DNA from: an uncultured delta proteobacterium
Lineage (GTDB): Bacteria; Myxococcota_A; Polyangia; Fen-1088
Length of the DNA: 64,000 nt
Direction: 5' to 3'
Assembly (NCBI GenBank): GCA_963737265.1
Contig: CAVTRY010000013.1
Location: 96,001-160,000 of the forward strand
The position numbers were made by a program, and so were the translations under genes. Positions 40,364 through 49,127 of the stretch are shown here, piece by piece. Position 1 is the stretch's first letter; the number at the start of each line of letters is the position of its first letter. A model generated the notes under the pieces. It had not been told where the DNA came from. It saw only the letters and a program-made list of their open reading frames with translations, and did not search any database.

Positions 40364-42295
40364 ATGACCGGCAGATCACACCGGCGCCCAAGGCGATGGC
40401 GAGGACGCTTGCTGGCGGCTTGCATTGGCTGGACCCTGGTCGCCGCCAATCCGAGAACGGCGGTGGCGCAGGAGCTTCCCGGGCGCCTGCAAAGCGACGT
40501 GGGTGGCCTCTTGCGCTTGCTCATCGAGTCGGCGACGCAGGCGGGCAGCAGGGCGGGCGGCCAGGTGTTTTCGGTCGTCAACCAAATTCAGCTTTACGAT
40601 ATCGAGGGTGAAATCGATCGCTTGGTGGGGTCGCCCTGGGAATTGTCCGACTCGACGACGTACAAATTGCAGCTGGCGCCGCAGCACGTGGCCTTTCCCG
40701 TGTACGACCAACTCGTCAGGCAAATGACCCGGCTCGATGACATCCGTGCCAGCAGGATTCAAAACCTGACGGTCGATGCGGTTCCGCTCATTGCTGTAAA
40801 TCTCGAAGCTCTTCAGATGCCGATGGTGGTGGTCGACGACAACATCATCGTCGACGAGCAGACGGGGCACCAACTTCTCCATTCCATCCTGGGCTACTTC
40901 AATGCGCGCGAGATCCTGGATCTCGGGGTCTTCATGCTGGCCCAGCAGCCCTACTTTCCCCAAACCCAGGACGAATGGGATGCGCGCAAGCACGCGCTCG
41001 CCATGCACAAGGCAGCGCTGGCCTTCACGCTGGCTGGGTTGGGTGCGCTTTTCGAAGCCGGGGCATTGAGCAATTCGGGGACGTTGACCACCTGGCAGGA
41101 AAGCCGCTATCAAATGGGTTGGTATGCGGGATTTTCCCATCTCGGATATCACCTGGCGCCGAATCTGCGGGCCGGAGTCACGGCATTTATCCCAGGTCTC
41201 GAGCTTTCCGCGGGTTTGATGGATCAGGTTCGTCCCGGCTCGAATGGTTTCGGGACGGCCTTCGAGCTCGCCCTGCGCGAAAGCTGGCTTAATCGCTATA
41301 CCACTGCGGCGGGGTGGGACAGCTTTTTCGAGGCCTCCTTGCGTACGGTCCTGTCGGCCGAGAACGGCTACTCAGGCGAGCGGATAACCGGTCACGGAGG
41401 ACTTTTTCTCAAGCGAGAACACCCACTTCATTGGCGCTTTATCACTTTGCGCACGTCCGCCGAGGCCGAATCCAATCTGACCGATAGCCTCCGTTTTGCC
41501 GTGGGTGTCGGCGTCGACTACACCAAGACCGGTCTGTCAACCGTTTTGCAATCGAGCCGCACGTTGATCCCGGGCACCGGGGGCGCCGCGCTCGAAACGC
41601 GAACGGGCATCTTCGTGGCCGGTACCCTGGAAGCTCCGGCGCAATATTATGTCGACATCATGGACGTGCGCGCACGTCTGCTGGGCGATGCCTGGTCGGC
41701 GTTCCTAGGCAGCGAGGATCGGCGCGCGACGGCCGAGGCTCGTTTGCGCGTGCTGGCCGGCGCGAACACCATGGATTTGGAACGGACCCTGCACGATCTG
41801 CGACGGAGCACGGCCGAGAGCGAGCACTGGCGCGCCGAGGTCGCCACGCGTCTGGCGGACTACCTTGAAAGCCGGCGCCTGGCATACACCACCGAGCACT
41901 GGCCGGGCGGTCCGGGCGATATGCATGGCCCGGTGGACGGTTCTGTCCTAACCGCGGCCTGCGATGCCGTGGCCGAGCGTGTGGTCGACCTGGCGAATTT
42001 TCTCGACGGCCGGATAGCTCCCCTGCGCGCCATGCGCGAGCGTTTCGATGGGCTGGGTGAACGGACCGACCAAGGTGCCGCGTCTTCCGACGAGGCCGCG
42101 GCGTCGCTCGACGAAGAATGGCGGCGCGAATCGCTCGCCGTCACCGAGGGACTGCAACAGTACAGTGTCTATCTCGGGGCGCTCCGTCGCATCGCCGCCG
42201 TTGCGTCGCCGCTCGTCGGTGTCTGGTCCTACGAACCGTTGCCGCCGCGCAAACAGCGCACGCTCATCAGCCTGGTCGCGCAGCCGCTGCAATGA
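40364..42295 (+). CDS. Hypothetical exported protein with beta-strand-rich middle and helical C-terminus
   Basis: Signal peptide ending AVA-Q; coding-like frame. The ORF-track extension to 38900 is cimA antisense. Confidence 0.7.
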   Translation: MTGRSHRRPRRWRGRLLAACIGWTLVAANPRTAVAQELPGRLQSDVGGLLRLLIESATQAGSRAGGQVFSVVNQIQLYDIEGEIDRLVGSPWELSDSTTYKLQLAPQHVAFPVYDQLVRQMTRLDDIRASRIQNLTVDAVPLIAVNLEALQMPMVVVDDNIIVDEQTGHQLLHSILGYFNAREILDLGVFMLAQQPYFPQTQDEWDARKHALAMHKAALAFTLAGLGALFEAGALSNSGTLTTWQESRYQMGWYAGFSHLGYHLAPNLRAGVTAFIPGLELSAGLMDQVRPGSNGFGTAFELALRESWLNRYTTAAGWDSFFEASLRTVLSAENGYSGERITGHGGLFLKREHPLHWRFITLRTSAEAESNLTDSLRFAVGVGVDYTKTGLSTVLQSSRTLIPGTGGAALETRTGIFVAGTLEAPAQYYVDIMDVRARLLGDAWSAFLGSEDRRATAEARLRVLAGANTMDLERTLHDLRRSTAESEHWRAEVATRLADYLESRRLAYTTEHWPGGPGDMHGPVDGSVLTAACDAVAERVVDLANFLDGRIAPLRAMRERFDGLGERTDQGAASSDEAAASLDEEWRRESLAVTEGLQQYSVYLGALRRIAAVASPLVGVWSYEPLPPRKQRTLISLVAQPLQ

Positions 42296-42336
42296 GGTTG
42301 GCATCTCGTCGTCCGCCATGTCTAGATAGGTCGAAG

Positions 42337-42978
42337 ATGACAAACCCCACGGCCGAAGGCGGCTGGATTGGCCAGTGGTCGCCCGGCATCGGTGACCCGA
42401 ATGTCGCGGGGTGGGTGACCGTGGTTCTCTATGTTGCGGCGGCCTGGACCTGTACAGTCGTGGCACGCAGGCTGCGGCCGCAGGTGAAAACCGGCGAAGT
42501 TCCGCGACGCGAGTTTGCGGCGTGGTGGCTGTTGTCGGTCTTGCTTTGGTCGTTGGCGGTGAACAAGCAGCTCGATTTTCAAACCGCATTTACGGAAATC
42601 GGGCGAATGCTGGCGCGCAAACAGGGCTGGTACGGCAGCCGTGCCCCTGTTCAGAGGGCGTTCATCGGCGGTTTGTGTGGAATTGGGCTGTCATGCGTCG
42701 TCGCATTGCTGGTTGTCCTGCGCGGGCTTGGCGTTGCCGTGAAGGTGGCCGCGCTGGGGATGTGTTTCATCGGGGTCTTCGTGCTCATTCGGGCCAGCTC
42801 GTTTCACCACGTGGACCAATTCCTCGGTCATCGGCTGGTCCACCTACGCATGAATTGGATCCTGGAAATGGGCGGGATTCTCGTCGTTCTCGGCGCCGCT
42901 TTGTCGCGCCGAAAGCTGCAGAAGGGCATCACGGGCCGAGGGCGCGATCGATCTCGCTCGGTGCAAAGCCGCGGATGA
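42337..42978 (+). CDS. Conserved hypothetical membrane protein
   Basis: WSPGIGDP..GWVTV, NKQLDFQT..TEIGR, RASSFHHVD, LEMGG; about 5 TM segments. Confidence 0.8.
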   Translation: MTNPTAEGGWIGQWSPGIGDPNVAGWVTVVLYVAAAWTCTVVARRLRPQVKTGEVPRREFAAWWLLSVLLWSLAVNKQLDFQTAFTEIGRMLARKQGWYGSRAPVQRAFIGGLCGIGLSCVVALLVVLRGLGVAVKVAALGMCFIGVFVLIRASSFHHVDQFLGHRLVHLRMNWILEMGGILVVLGAALSRRKLQKGITGRGRDRSRSVQSRG

Positions 42979-43630
42979 CGGCTTCACCGATCACCACCAA
43001 GGGCACCTCGTTTCCGCCGTAACTCATGTATTCCGCAAGCGCGGTGGAGTCCGCCTCGATGTCGCGCATGGCGAAGGGAACATCCTTGCCGGCCAGATAC
43101 GATTTGGTCATTTGGCAAGCCTGGCACCAAGACGTTCCGAATATCTTCACCGACGGCTTCTCGCCCACTGCCGGCGGCTTCCCGCTCGCCGCCTGTGCGG
43201 GCTGCGCGGCGGGTATGGCTTTCTTGGGGGGATCGGGCAGTTTGCCAAAATCGATCACGCTGTAACTGCCGGGCCCACCTAGGCGCCCACTTCGCGCAAC
43301 CATGGCGCTGCGGAATGCCGGTGGCACGTCATCCTTGCTGCGCGCCCGAACCAGGTTGCCTCCCGCATCGAGGTAGAGGACTTCGCCACCCAGGCGTTTG
43401 GTGCGCACGTTCCCGGTGTCGCCGGCCTTCGCGGATGAAGAGCGCAACCAGCCGGGCGGCCGGGCGGTCGACGGGATAGGCATGGAATTCCCTGCGGCGC
43501 CCGTGCCCGCATCCTCGATCGAAACCGCGCAACGAAGCTTGGTCTCGGGCCTGCTCCTCTCGCTGCACGCGCCGAGCAAGGACAGCGTTAGCGTGAGATA
43601 AGCTGGCGGGCTGCGGTACCAGGAAGTCAC
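42929..43630 (-). CDS. Lipoprotein with C-terminal glutaredoxin (NrdH-like) domain
   Basis: Lipobox LGAC; VKIFGTSWCQACQ..YL..K.VPF..RDIE, VPLVVIG..IRGF. Confidence 0.75.
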   Translation of the reverse strand: MTSWYRSPPAYLTLTLSLLGACSERSRPETKLRCAVSIEDAGTGAAGNSMPIPSTARPPGWLRSSSAKAGDTGNVRTKRLGGEVLYLDAGGNLVRARSKDDVPPAFRSAMVARSGRLGGPGSYSVIDFGKLPDPPKKAIPAAQPAQAASGKPPAVGEKPSVKIFGTSWCQACQMTKSYLAGKDVPFAMRDIEADSTALAEYMSYGGNEVPLVVIGEAVIRGFAPSEIDRALGP

Positions 43631-43831
43631 CCCGTCATTGTCGCCGCTTTTTGCCCGGAGCGCCAACCGCCATCGCGAGACCGCCATCGCGAGACTGTCA
43701 TCGCGAGACGGGCGCACGGCATCGATGACACAGGGCAGCGCCACCCTGCTTCGAGGTCGGCCCCAAGGTCTGATGTCCGATAAATGAGGACCGACTTGGA
43801 CTTCTTTTAGATTGAGCTAGGCTACGAGCTC

Positions 43832-45055
43832 ATGGATGTCCACGATGTTTTGATCGTCGGCGGCGGACCGGCCGGAAGCACCTGTGCGCGTTTCTTGGTA
43901 CGGGCTGGCGCGCGCGTTGCCGTCGTCGATCGCACCGAGTTTCCCAGGGTCAAGCTCTGTTCTGGCTGGCTGTCGACGTCCATCTGGGACGCGCTCGAAT
44001 TGTCCCCGCGCGACTATCCGGGCGGCTCCTGGGAGTGGCAAACCTGCCACGTCCGCTACGCCGACGAGGATCATGCGATTCCGTGCCACGGCTGGTTCAT
44101 TCGCCGCTACGAATTCGACGACTATCTGCTCCGTCGAAGTGGCGCGGAACTGCACCTCGGCGTGGCTGTCGGCGAGATTGCCCGCGACGCCGATGGTTTG
44201 TGGGCGCTCGGCGACCTGCGCGCTCGCTACCTTGTCGGCGCCGGCGGAACCCACTGTCCGGTCGCCCGTCTGTGCGCGCCGCCGCGCCCGATGGGTCCGG
44301 TCGGCGTTCAGGAGCACGAGTTTCGTGCCGATCCCGCCGCGGTGTCGCGCACTCGCCTCGGTCGCGACGGCGAGCCCGAGCTGCTGCTGCACGACGATCT
44401 GTCGGGCTACTCGTGGAACGTGCCCAAGACCGATTGGCTGAACATCGGCTCGGGCACCATCGATCCGAAAGCGGTTCGCGCGGCCTGGCAGACGGCCCGC
44501 GCCTATTTTCGCGCCGCCGGACATGTTCCCGCCGAGGCGGACGCCGATTTGGATTTGATGAAGGGCTACTCGTACTACCTCTACCATCCTGCGCATCTCG
44601 ACGGTGCCGCGCGCGTCGATGGCAACGGCAAGGGTGGCGTATTCCTGGTCGGCGACAGTCTGGGCGTGGCTCAGCCGATTACCGCCGAGGGCATCTTGCC
44701 GTCGGTGACCTCGGGACGAACGCTCGCCGAGGCGATTGTTGCCGGCGATCCCGCGAGCTATCCGGCACGGCTCGCCGCACATCCAGTTATGGAAGACTAC
44801 CGGCGCGTCTTCCGTTTGCGCGAGGCGGCCGGATCGCTACGCCGGCGCTCTTCCGCGTCTTCGTCGTCTTCGCCAAGGCAACCAACCCAACCCAGGCGCG
44901 GGGCGATCGCGCGATCTGCCAGGCGGGCGATGACATCCGGTTTCGCTTGGCTGTTTTCTGGGTCGCGTTTACCCGCGCCCCGACTCATCGACCTCGCCCT
45001 CGCCGGGGCCGACTGGTGGACAGGCAAACGCAACCAGCAAGGAGGGCCAGCATGA
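43832..45055 (+). CDS. FAD-dependent oxidoreductase, geranylgeranyl-reductase-like
   Basis: DVLIVGGGPAGST, FPRVKLCSG, IRRYEFDDYLL, GYSW.VPK, LVGDSLG..P.TAEGI. Confidence 0.88.
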   Translation: MDVHDVLIVGGGPAGSTCARFLVRAGARVAVVDRTEFPRVKLCSGWLSTSIWDALELSPRDYPGGSWEWQTCHVRYADEDHAIPCHGWFIRRYEFDDYLLRRSGAELHLGVAVGEIARDADGLWALGDLRARYLVGAGGTHCPVARLCAPPRPMGPVGVQEHEFRADPAAVSRTRLGRDGEPELLLHDDLSGYSWNVPKTDWLNIGSGTIDPKAVRAAWQTARAYFRAAGHVPAEADADLDLMKGYSYYLYHPAHLDGAARVDGNGKGGVFLVGDSLGVAQPITAEGILPSVTSGRTLAEAIVAGDPASYPARLAAHPVMEDYRRVFRLREAAGSLRRRSSASSSSSPRQPTQPRRGAIARSARRAMTSGFAWLFSGSRLPAPRLIDLALAGADWWTGKRNQQGGPA

Positions 45056-46206
45056 CCGAGACTGCGCGAAGGCTACTATCCGTCCTCGACGATAGACGCG
45101 CCGCCGAGACGATGTTGGAGCTGCTCAAGCGCGCTGGCATCACGGTCGGTGGCGAGGCCCCCTGGGACATTCAGGTTCACGACGAGCGGGTCTACACCCG
45201 CGCCCTGCGCGACGGCACGTTGGGCGTCGGCGAGTCGTATATCGAGGGATGGTGGGACTGCCAGGCCATCGACCAAATGCTCGAACGTCTGATTCGGGCA
45301 CGCGTCGATTCCTTGCTGCGAGAAAGCTGGATCCTCCTGGCCAACGCTGTTCGCTCGCGCATCCTCAACCTGCAGGCCACGCGCGCCTTCGAAGTGGGCA
45401 AGCGTCACTACGACGTTGGTAACGACCTCTACCAAGCGATGCTCGGGCCAAGCATGATGTACACCTGTGCGTATTGGAAGAATGTCGACAATCTCGACGC
45501 CGCACAGGAAGCCAAGCTCGATCTTGTCTGCCGAAAGATCGGCGCCTGCCCGGGCATGCGAATCCTCGATCTCGGGTGCGGCTGGGGCGGCTTCGCGCGC
45601 TTCGCCGCCGAACGCTTCGGGGCCAGCGTCGTCGGCTACACGGTTTCGCGCGAGCAATGCGCGTGGGCCGAGGAACACTATGCGAAGCTCCCGATCGAGG
45701 CTCGCCTCGATGACTACCGCAATGCGAGGGGCAGCTACGATGCCGTTGTCTCCATCGGTCTCATGGAGCACGTCGGGCCCAAGAATTATCGATCCTACAT
45801 GGAGCTGGCCTCGCGCTGTCTTTCGCCCGGCGGGATCGTGTTTGTCCACACCATCGCCGGTTCCCAGCCGCGCACGCAAATCGATCCTTGGTACCAGAAG
45901 TACATTTTCCCCAACGCCGTCGTTCCCACCCTCGGCCAGCTGGCCACCGCCATGGACGAAATCCTGGTCGTCGAGGACGTGCAGAACATAGGTCCGCACT
46001 ACGACCGCACCCTCATGGCGTGGTGGAGTAACTTCGACCGCGCCTGGCCCAGCTTGCGCGACCGCTACGGCGACCACTTCTACCGCATGTGGAAGTTCTA
46101 CCTTCTGACCAGCGCGGCTGAATTCCGCGCTCGCGACCTCAACCTCTTCCAAATCGTGGCGACCGCGCGTGGCATGCCGCAGCCGCCGACGATCCGCGCA
46201 AGCTGA
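45052..46206 (+). CDS. cfa: Cyclopropane-fatty-acyl-phospholipid synthase
   Basis: LGVGESYIEGWW, HYDVGNDLY, YTCAYW, LDLGCGWGG, SIGLMEHVG, KYIFP, FYRMWKFYL; ATGA overlap. Confidence 0.93.
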   Translation: MTETARRLLSVLDDRRAAETMLELLKRAGITVGGEAPWDIQVHDERVYTRALRDGTLGVGESYIEGWWDCQAIDQMLERLIRARVDSLLRESWILLANAVRSRILNLQATRAFEVGKRHYDVGNDLYQAMLGPSMMYTCAYWKNVDNLDAAQEAKLDLVCRKIGACPGMRILDLGCGWGGFARFAAERFGASVVGYTVSREQCAWAEEHYAKLPIEARLDDYRNARGSYDAVVSIGLMEHVGPKNYRSYMELASRCLSPGGIVFVHTIAGSQPRTQIDPWYQKYIFPNAVVPTLGQLATAMDEILVVEDVQNIGPHYDRTLMAWWSNFDRAWPSLRDRYGDHFYRMWKFYLLTSAAEFRARDLNLFQIVATARGMPQPPTIRAS

Positions 46207-46341
46207 CATTTTTGTAACGCGCGTATCTCCCGTGTAACAATTGTTGCGAACGGTAGGCTGCCGACGGTGGCGGTGTAGTGAAACCTCCCAGGATTGGTGG
46301 CATCCGAACAGATGTAACCAGTCGACTTCGGAGGTTCAACG

Positions 46342-46926
46342 ATGTCCGCTTATGCGTTCATTCTTATTTCCGCCCTAGCCCAATACGCGCCCGCTTCCAT
46401 CGAGCCGCCCTTTTGTCCTGCCCCTGCCGTCGGCGAGCCGGACGCGCCGCAGATGCTCAAGCCGGCGCCAGTCTTGGCGAAGGCCTGCCGGGCCCCGGGT
46501 GCGGTTTGTGTGTTCGCGGGTGGCACCGACACCTACAGCGACGAGCGCGAAGCATCGCGCGAAGCATCGCCAGGGACTTCCGCCCTGGTTCTCAAACGAA
46601 GCTTTCACGTGGCCAGCATGGGTGCGGCGGCGCCGCCAGCCAACCAGCCTTGGCAAGTCGAGATTGTGGCGCGATTCAAGGAAGCCTCCGCGGTAGAGCC
46701 CATCCAGGTCGTGTTGCTCGACAAGAGCGATCCCGACGCCATTGCCAACAAAGAGGCAGTTCTGATCTGGGATGTCTACACCCTCCCGACCAAGCTGCTG
46801 GCCATGCGCTTCGAGCTGCGCCCGGAGGTCGGCTTCTTGCCAGGCCACAGCTACCTGTTGCGCCTGGTTCAAACGAACAAATCCGGCGAGAAGATTCTGG
46901 CAGACGGCGAGGTGAACCTGGAGTGA
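46342..46926 (+). CDS. Hypothetical exported protein
   Basis: GGAGG RBS; hydrophobic N-terminus; contains a 12-bp tandem duplication (gcgaagcatcgc)2 near 46547-46570. Confidence 0.65.
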   Translation: MSAYAFILISALAQYAPASIEPPFCPAPAVGEPDAPQMLKPAPVLAKACRAPGAVCVFAGGTDTYSDEREASREASPGTSALVLKRSFHVASMGAAAPPANQPWQVEIVARFKEASAVEPIQVVLLDKSDPDAIANKEAVLIWDVYTLPTKLLAMRFELRPEVGFLPGHSYLLRLVQTNKSGEKILADGEVNLE

Positions 46927-47005
46927 TTTGCGCTCTTTGCGCCCTCGGCGATTTTTCACGCGTCGCGAGATTCCGTTGCGTGGCCGGCGTGATAGGTTTT
47001 CGGGC

Positions 47006-47395
47006 ATGCCGCTCGTCAAGATTCATCGCCGCGTTGGCCACCCAGCCGTTCAGAACGAACAGATCATGGCCGCGGTTCACGATGCCCTGGTCGCCGCGTT
47101 TCGCATACCGGAACACGACCGAACGCACCTGCTGGTCGAACATGACAGCGAGCACTTTCACATTGCTCCCGATCGCACGACCGCGTTCACTCTGATCGAA
47201 ATCACCGCCTACCCAGGGCGAACCGCCGAGGCCAAACGCAATCTCTATCGCGAAATTGGGGATCGTCTGGCGCGAATCGGAGTTCCTGTCGCCGATTTGT
47301 TCGTGATCCTCAGCGAACCTGCCCTTGAAAACTGGAGCGTTCGCAACGGCGCATCCGCCCTGGACGTGCCGCCGGGCTTCAAGCTCACGGTGTAG
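47006..47395 (+). CDS. Tautomerase family protein (MSAD/4-OT-like)
   Basis: Catalytic Pro1 start MPLVKI, AVHDALV.AF.IPE.DR, GRTAEAKRNLY, ENWS. Confidence 0.9.
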   Translation: MPLVKIHRRVGHPAVQNEQIMAAVHDALVAAFRIPEHDRTHLLVEHDSEHFHIAPDRTTAFTLIEITAYPGRTAEAKRNLYREIGDRLARIGVPVADLFVILSEPALENWSVRNGASALDVPPGFKLTV

Positions 47396-47494
47396 GCCCC
47401 AATCCCGCGGCAAGCGCAGCGACGTCGCGCGGAAGGCGGCAGAAAAAGGGCGCCTTTCCAGGATGGACGCGTCACCCAGTTGGAGCGATGAAGG

Positions 47495-47579
47495 GTGGTC
47501 GTAAACGTCGTCGTGGTCATGGCCCTGGCTGTGGCCGACGAAGATCACTCCGGCCACGGCCACGGCCAGGACCACGGCC
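47495..47579. repeat. Inverted array of degenerate hexamers, (GTGGYC)n...(GRCCAC)n
   Basis: gtggtc atggcc ctggct gtggcc g pairs with c ggccac ggccac ggccag gaccac. Confidence 0.7.
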
Positions 47580-47621
47580 CTCTGCGCCTATCGCGAAATT
47601 ACGGTGTAGGCTTTCACGGCA

Positions 47622-49097
47622 GTGCAGCTCCACCCATCCGAGACGCCAGTTCGCTCGAACGCCAATCTGTCGCCTGGGGCACTGCCCTGGGTCGTCTTGC
47701 TGTCGGCCGCCGGGGTGCTGGCGGCCCACCGGCCTGTCTCCTTCGACCTATTTTGGTATTTGCGTGCCGGAGATGAGATCCTGGCCCGGCACGCGCTCCC
47801 CACCCGCGATCCATTTTCGTACACGTCGTTTCAACCGTGGATTAATCACGAGTGGCTGGCCGAAGTTCTGCTGGCATTGATCCATCGCGCCGCCGGCATG
47901 GCCGGCCTGGTGCTGTCGCAAAGCCTTTCCGTGGTGGCGGCGCTGGTCCTTGTGCTTCCGCCGCGCGGGCGGCGGGCGGTACCTTGGCGTGCGTGGGTCG
48001 GAGTGGCGGGTACCGGCGCAGCGCTGGCGATCGCGGCCGAGCTGCGGGCTCAGCTGTTCTCGTGGATTCTCTTGGCCGCGACCCTGCGTCTTTGCCTCGA
48101 CGACATCGATCGCCCATCGCCCCGTCTTTTCCTTGCCTGGCCCATCGAGATTCTTTGGACGAATCTGCATGGCGGCAATCCCACCGGAATTGCGCTTGTG
48201 GGCCTGCTCCTCCTGGCCAGACCTTCCTGGCGCCGCCTATGGGTTGTCCTTGGCTCGATCATTCTTACCCTCGCCAATCCCTACGGAATTCTAGTTCACA
48301 ATCATTTCCTCGGGGCGCACGGCTCGCTGCCCGAGATTCGCGAGTGGCATTCGTTGGTGCAGGCGCTGGCTCTTCACTCGGTGTCGACCGTAGCCGCGTT
48401 TCTCGTCGGCCTGCTGGCCGTGCTGTCGCTGCTTCTGCCCGGCAACTGGAGGCGGCGTTTTCGCGAGCAGGAAGGCTTTCGTTTCTGGACGCTTGCCCTG
48501 TCGCTATTCGCGCTCGTGGCGGCGCTGTATGCGCGTTTTGCGCTCAACCTCGCCTTGCTCGCGGCCGCCTTCTTAGCGCGCACATCGCCGCCGTCTGACA
48601 CTGCTCGGGCGCCGTCGGTCGCGAGACGGCTTGTCGGCCCACTCGCAGGTCTCTGCCTCATGCTGGCCGCGCATCTCCTGTCACCCGGTCATCTTGGTTT
48701 CTTCCCCGAGCGCGGCCGTTTCCCCGAGGGCGCGGTCGCCTTCTTGCGCCAGCACCACCCGCCTGGGCCGATGTTGAATAGCTACAATTTTGGCGGCTAT
48801 TTGCAGTGGACCTACCCCGACGAGAAGGTCTTCATCGATGGCCGCGCTTTCACGGTGTATTCCGAGTCCCAGTTTCGCCAGGTGCTGCGCCTGTACGACC
48901 AGCCGACTTTCTTTCGCGAGCTGGAACGGCGCTGGCATTTTCGTCTGGCCGTGCTTCAGCGAGCCGGCCGCGGTGCCAACTTTCTGTCCTGGCTGCGGCA
49001 ACAGCCGGACTGGCACGTGGTCTACGAGGACGCCGTCGCCACCGTTCTGGTCGCCACGTCCCCAACCATCACCACGACTCGGCCAACGGAAGAATAG
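47622..49097 (+). CDS. Polytopic membrane protein, GT-C glycosyltransferase-like
   Basis: DLFWYLRAG..DPFSYT..WINHEWL, LWTNLHGG, NPYG, EIREW, NSYNFGGYL, VFIDGR. Confidence 0.8.
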   Translation: MQLHPSETPVRSNANLSPGALPWVVLLSAAGVLAAHRPVSFDLFWYLRAGDEILARHALPTRDPFSYTSFQPWINHEWLAEVLLALIHRAAGMAGLVLSQSLSVVAALVLVLPPRGRRAVPWRAWVGVAGTGAALAIAAELRAQLFSWILLAATLRLCLDDIDRPSPRLFLAWPIEILWTNLHGGNPTGIALVGLLLLARPSWRRLWVVLGSIILTLANPYGILVHNHFLGAHGSLPEIREWHSLVQALALHSVSTVAAFLVGLLAVLSLLLPGNWRRRFREQEGFRFWTLALSLFALVAALYARFALNLALLAAAFLARTSPPSDTARAPSVARRLVGPLAGLCLMLAAHLLSPGHLGFFPERGRFPEGAVAFLRQHHPPGPMLNSYNFGGYLQWTYPDEKVFIDGRAFTVYSESQFRQVLRLYDQPTFFRELERRWHFRLAVLQRAGRGANFLSWLRQQPDWHVVYEDAVATVLVATSPTITTTRPTEE

Positions 49098-49127
49098 ATC
49101 CGCGCCAGCGCGGCGCGAGATGTCTAC

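Noticed and set aside
42337-42978. Leucine-pathway enzyme call because of proximity to cimA
   Set aside because: It is a multi-TM protein with no aconitase-family motifs.
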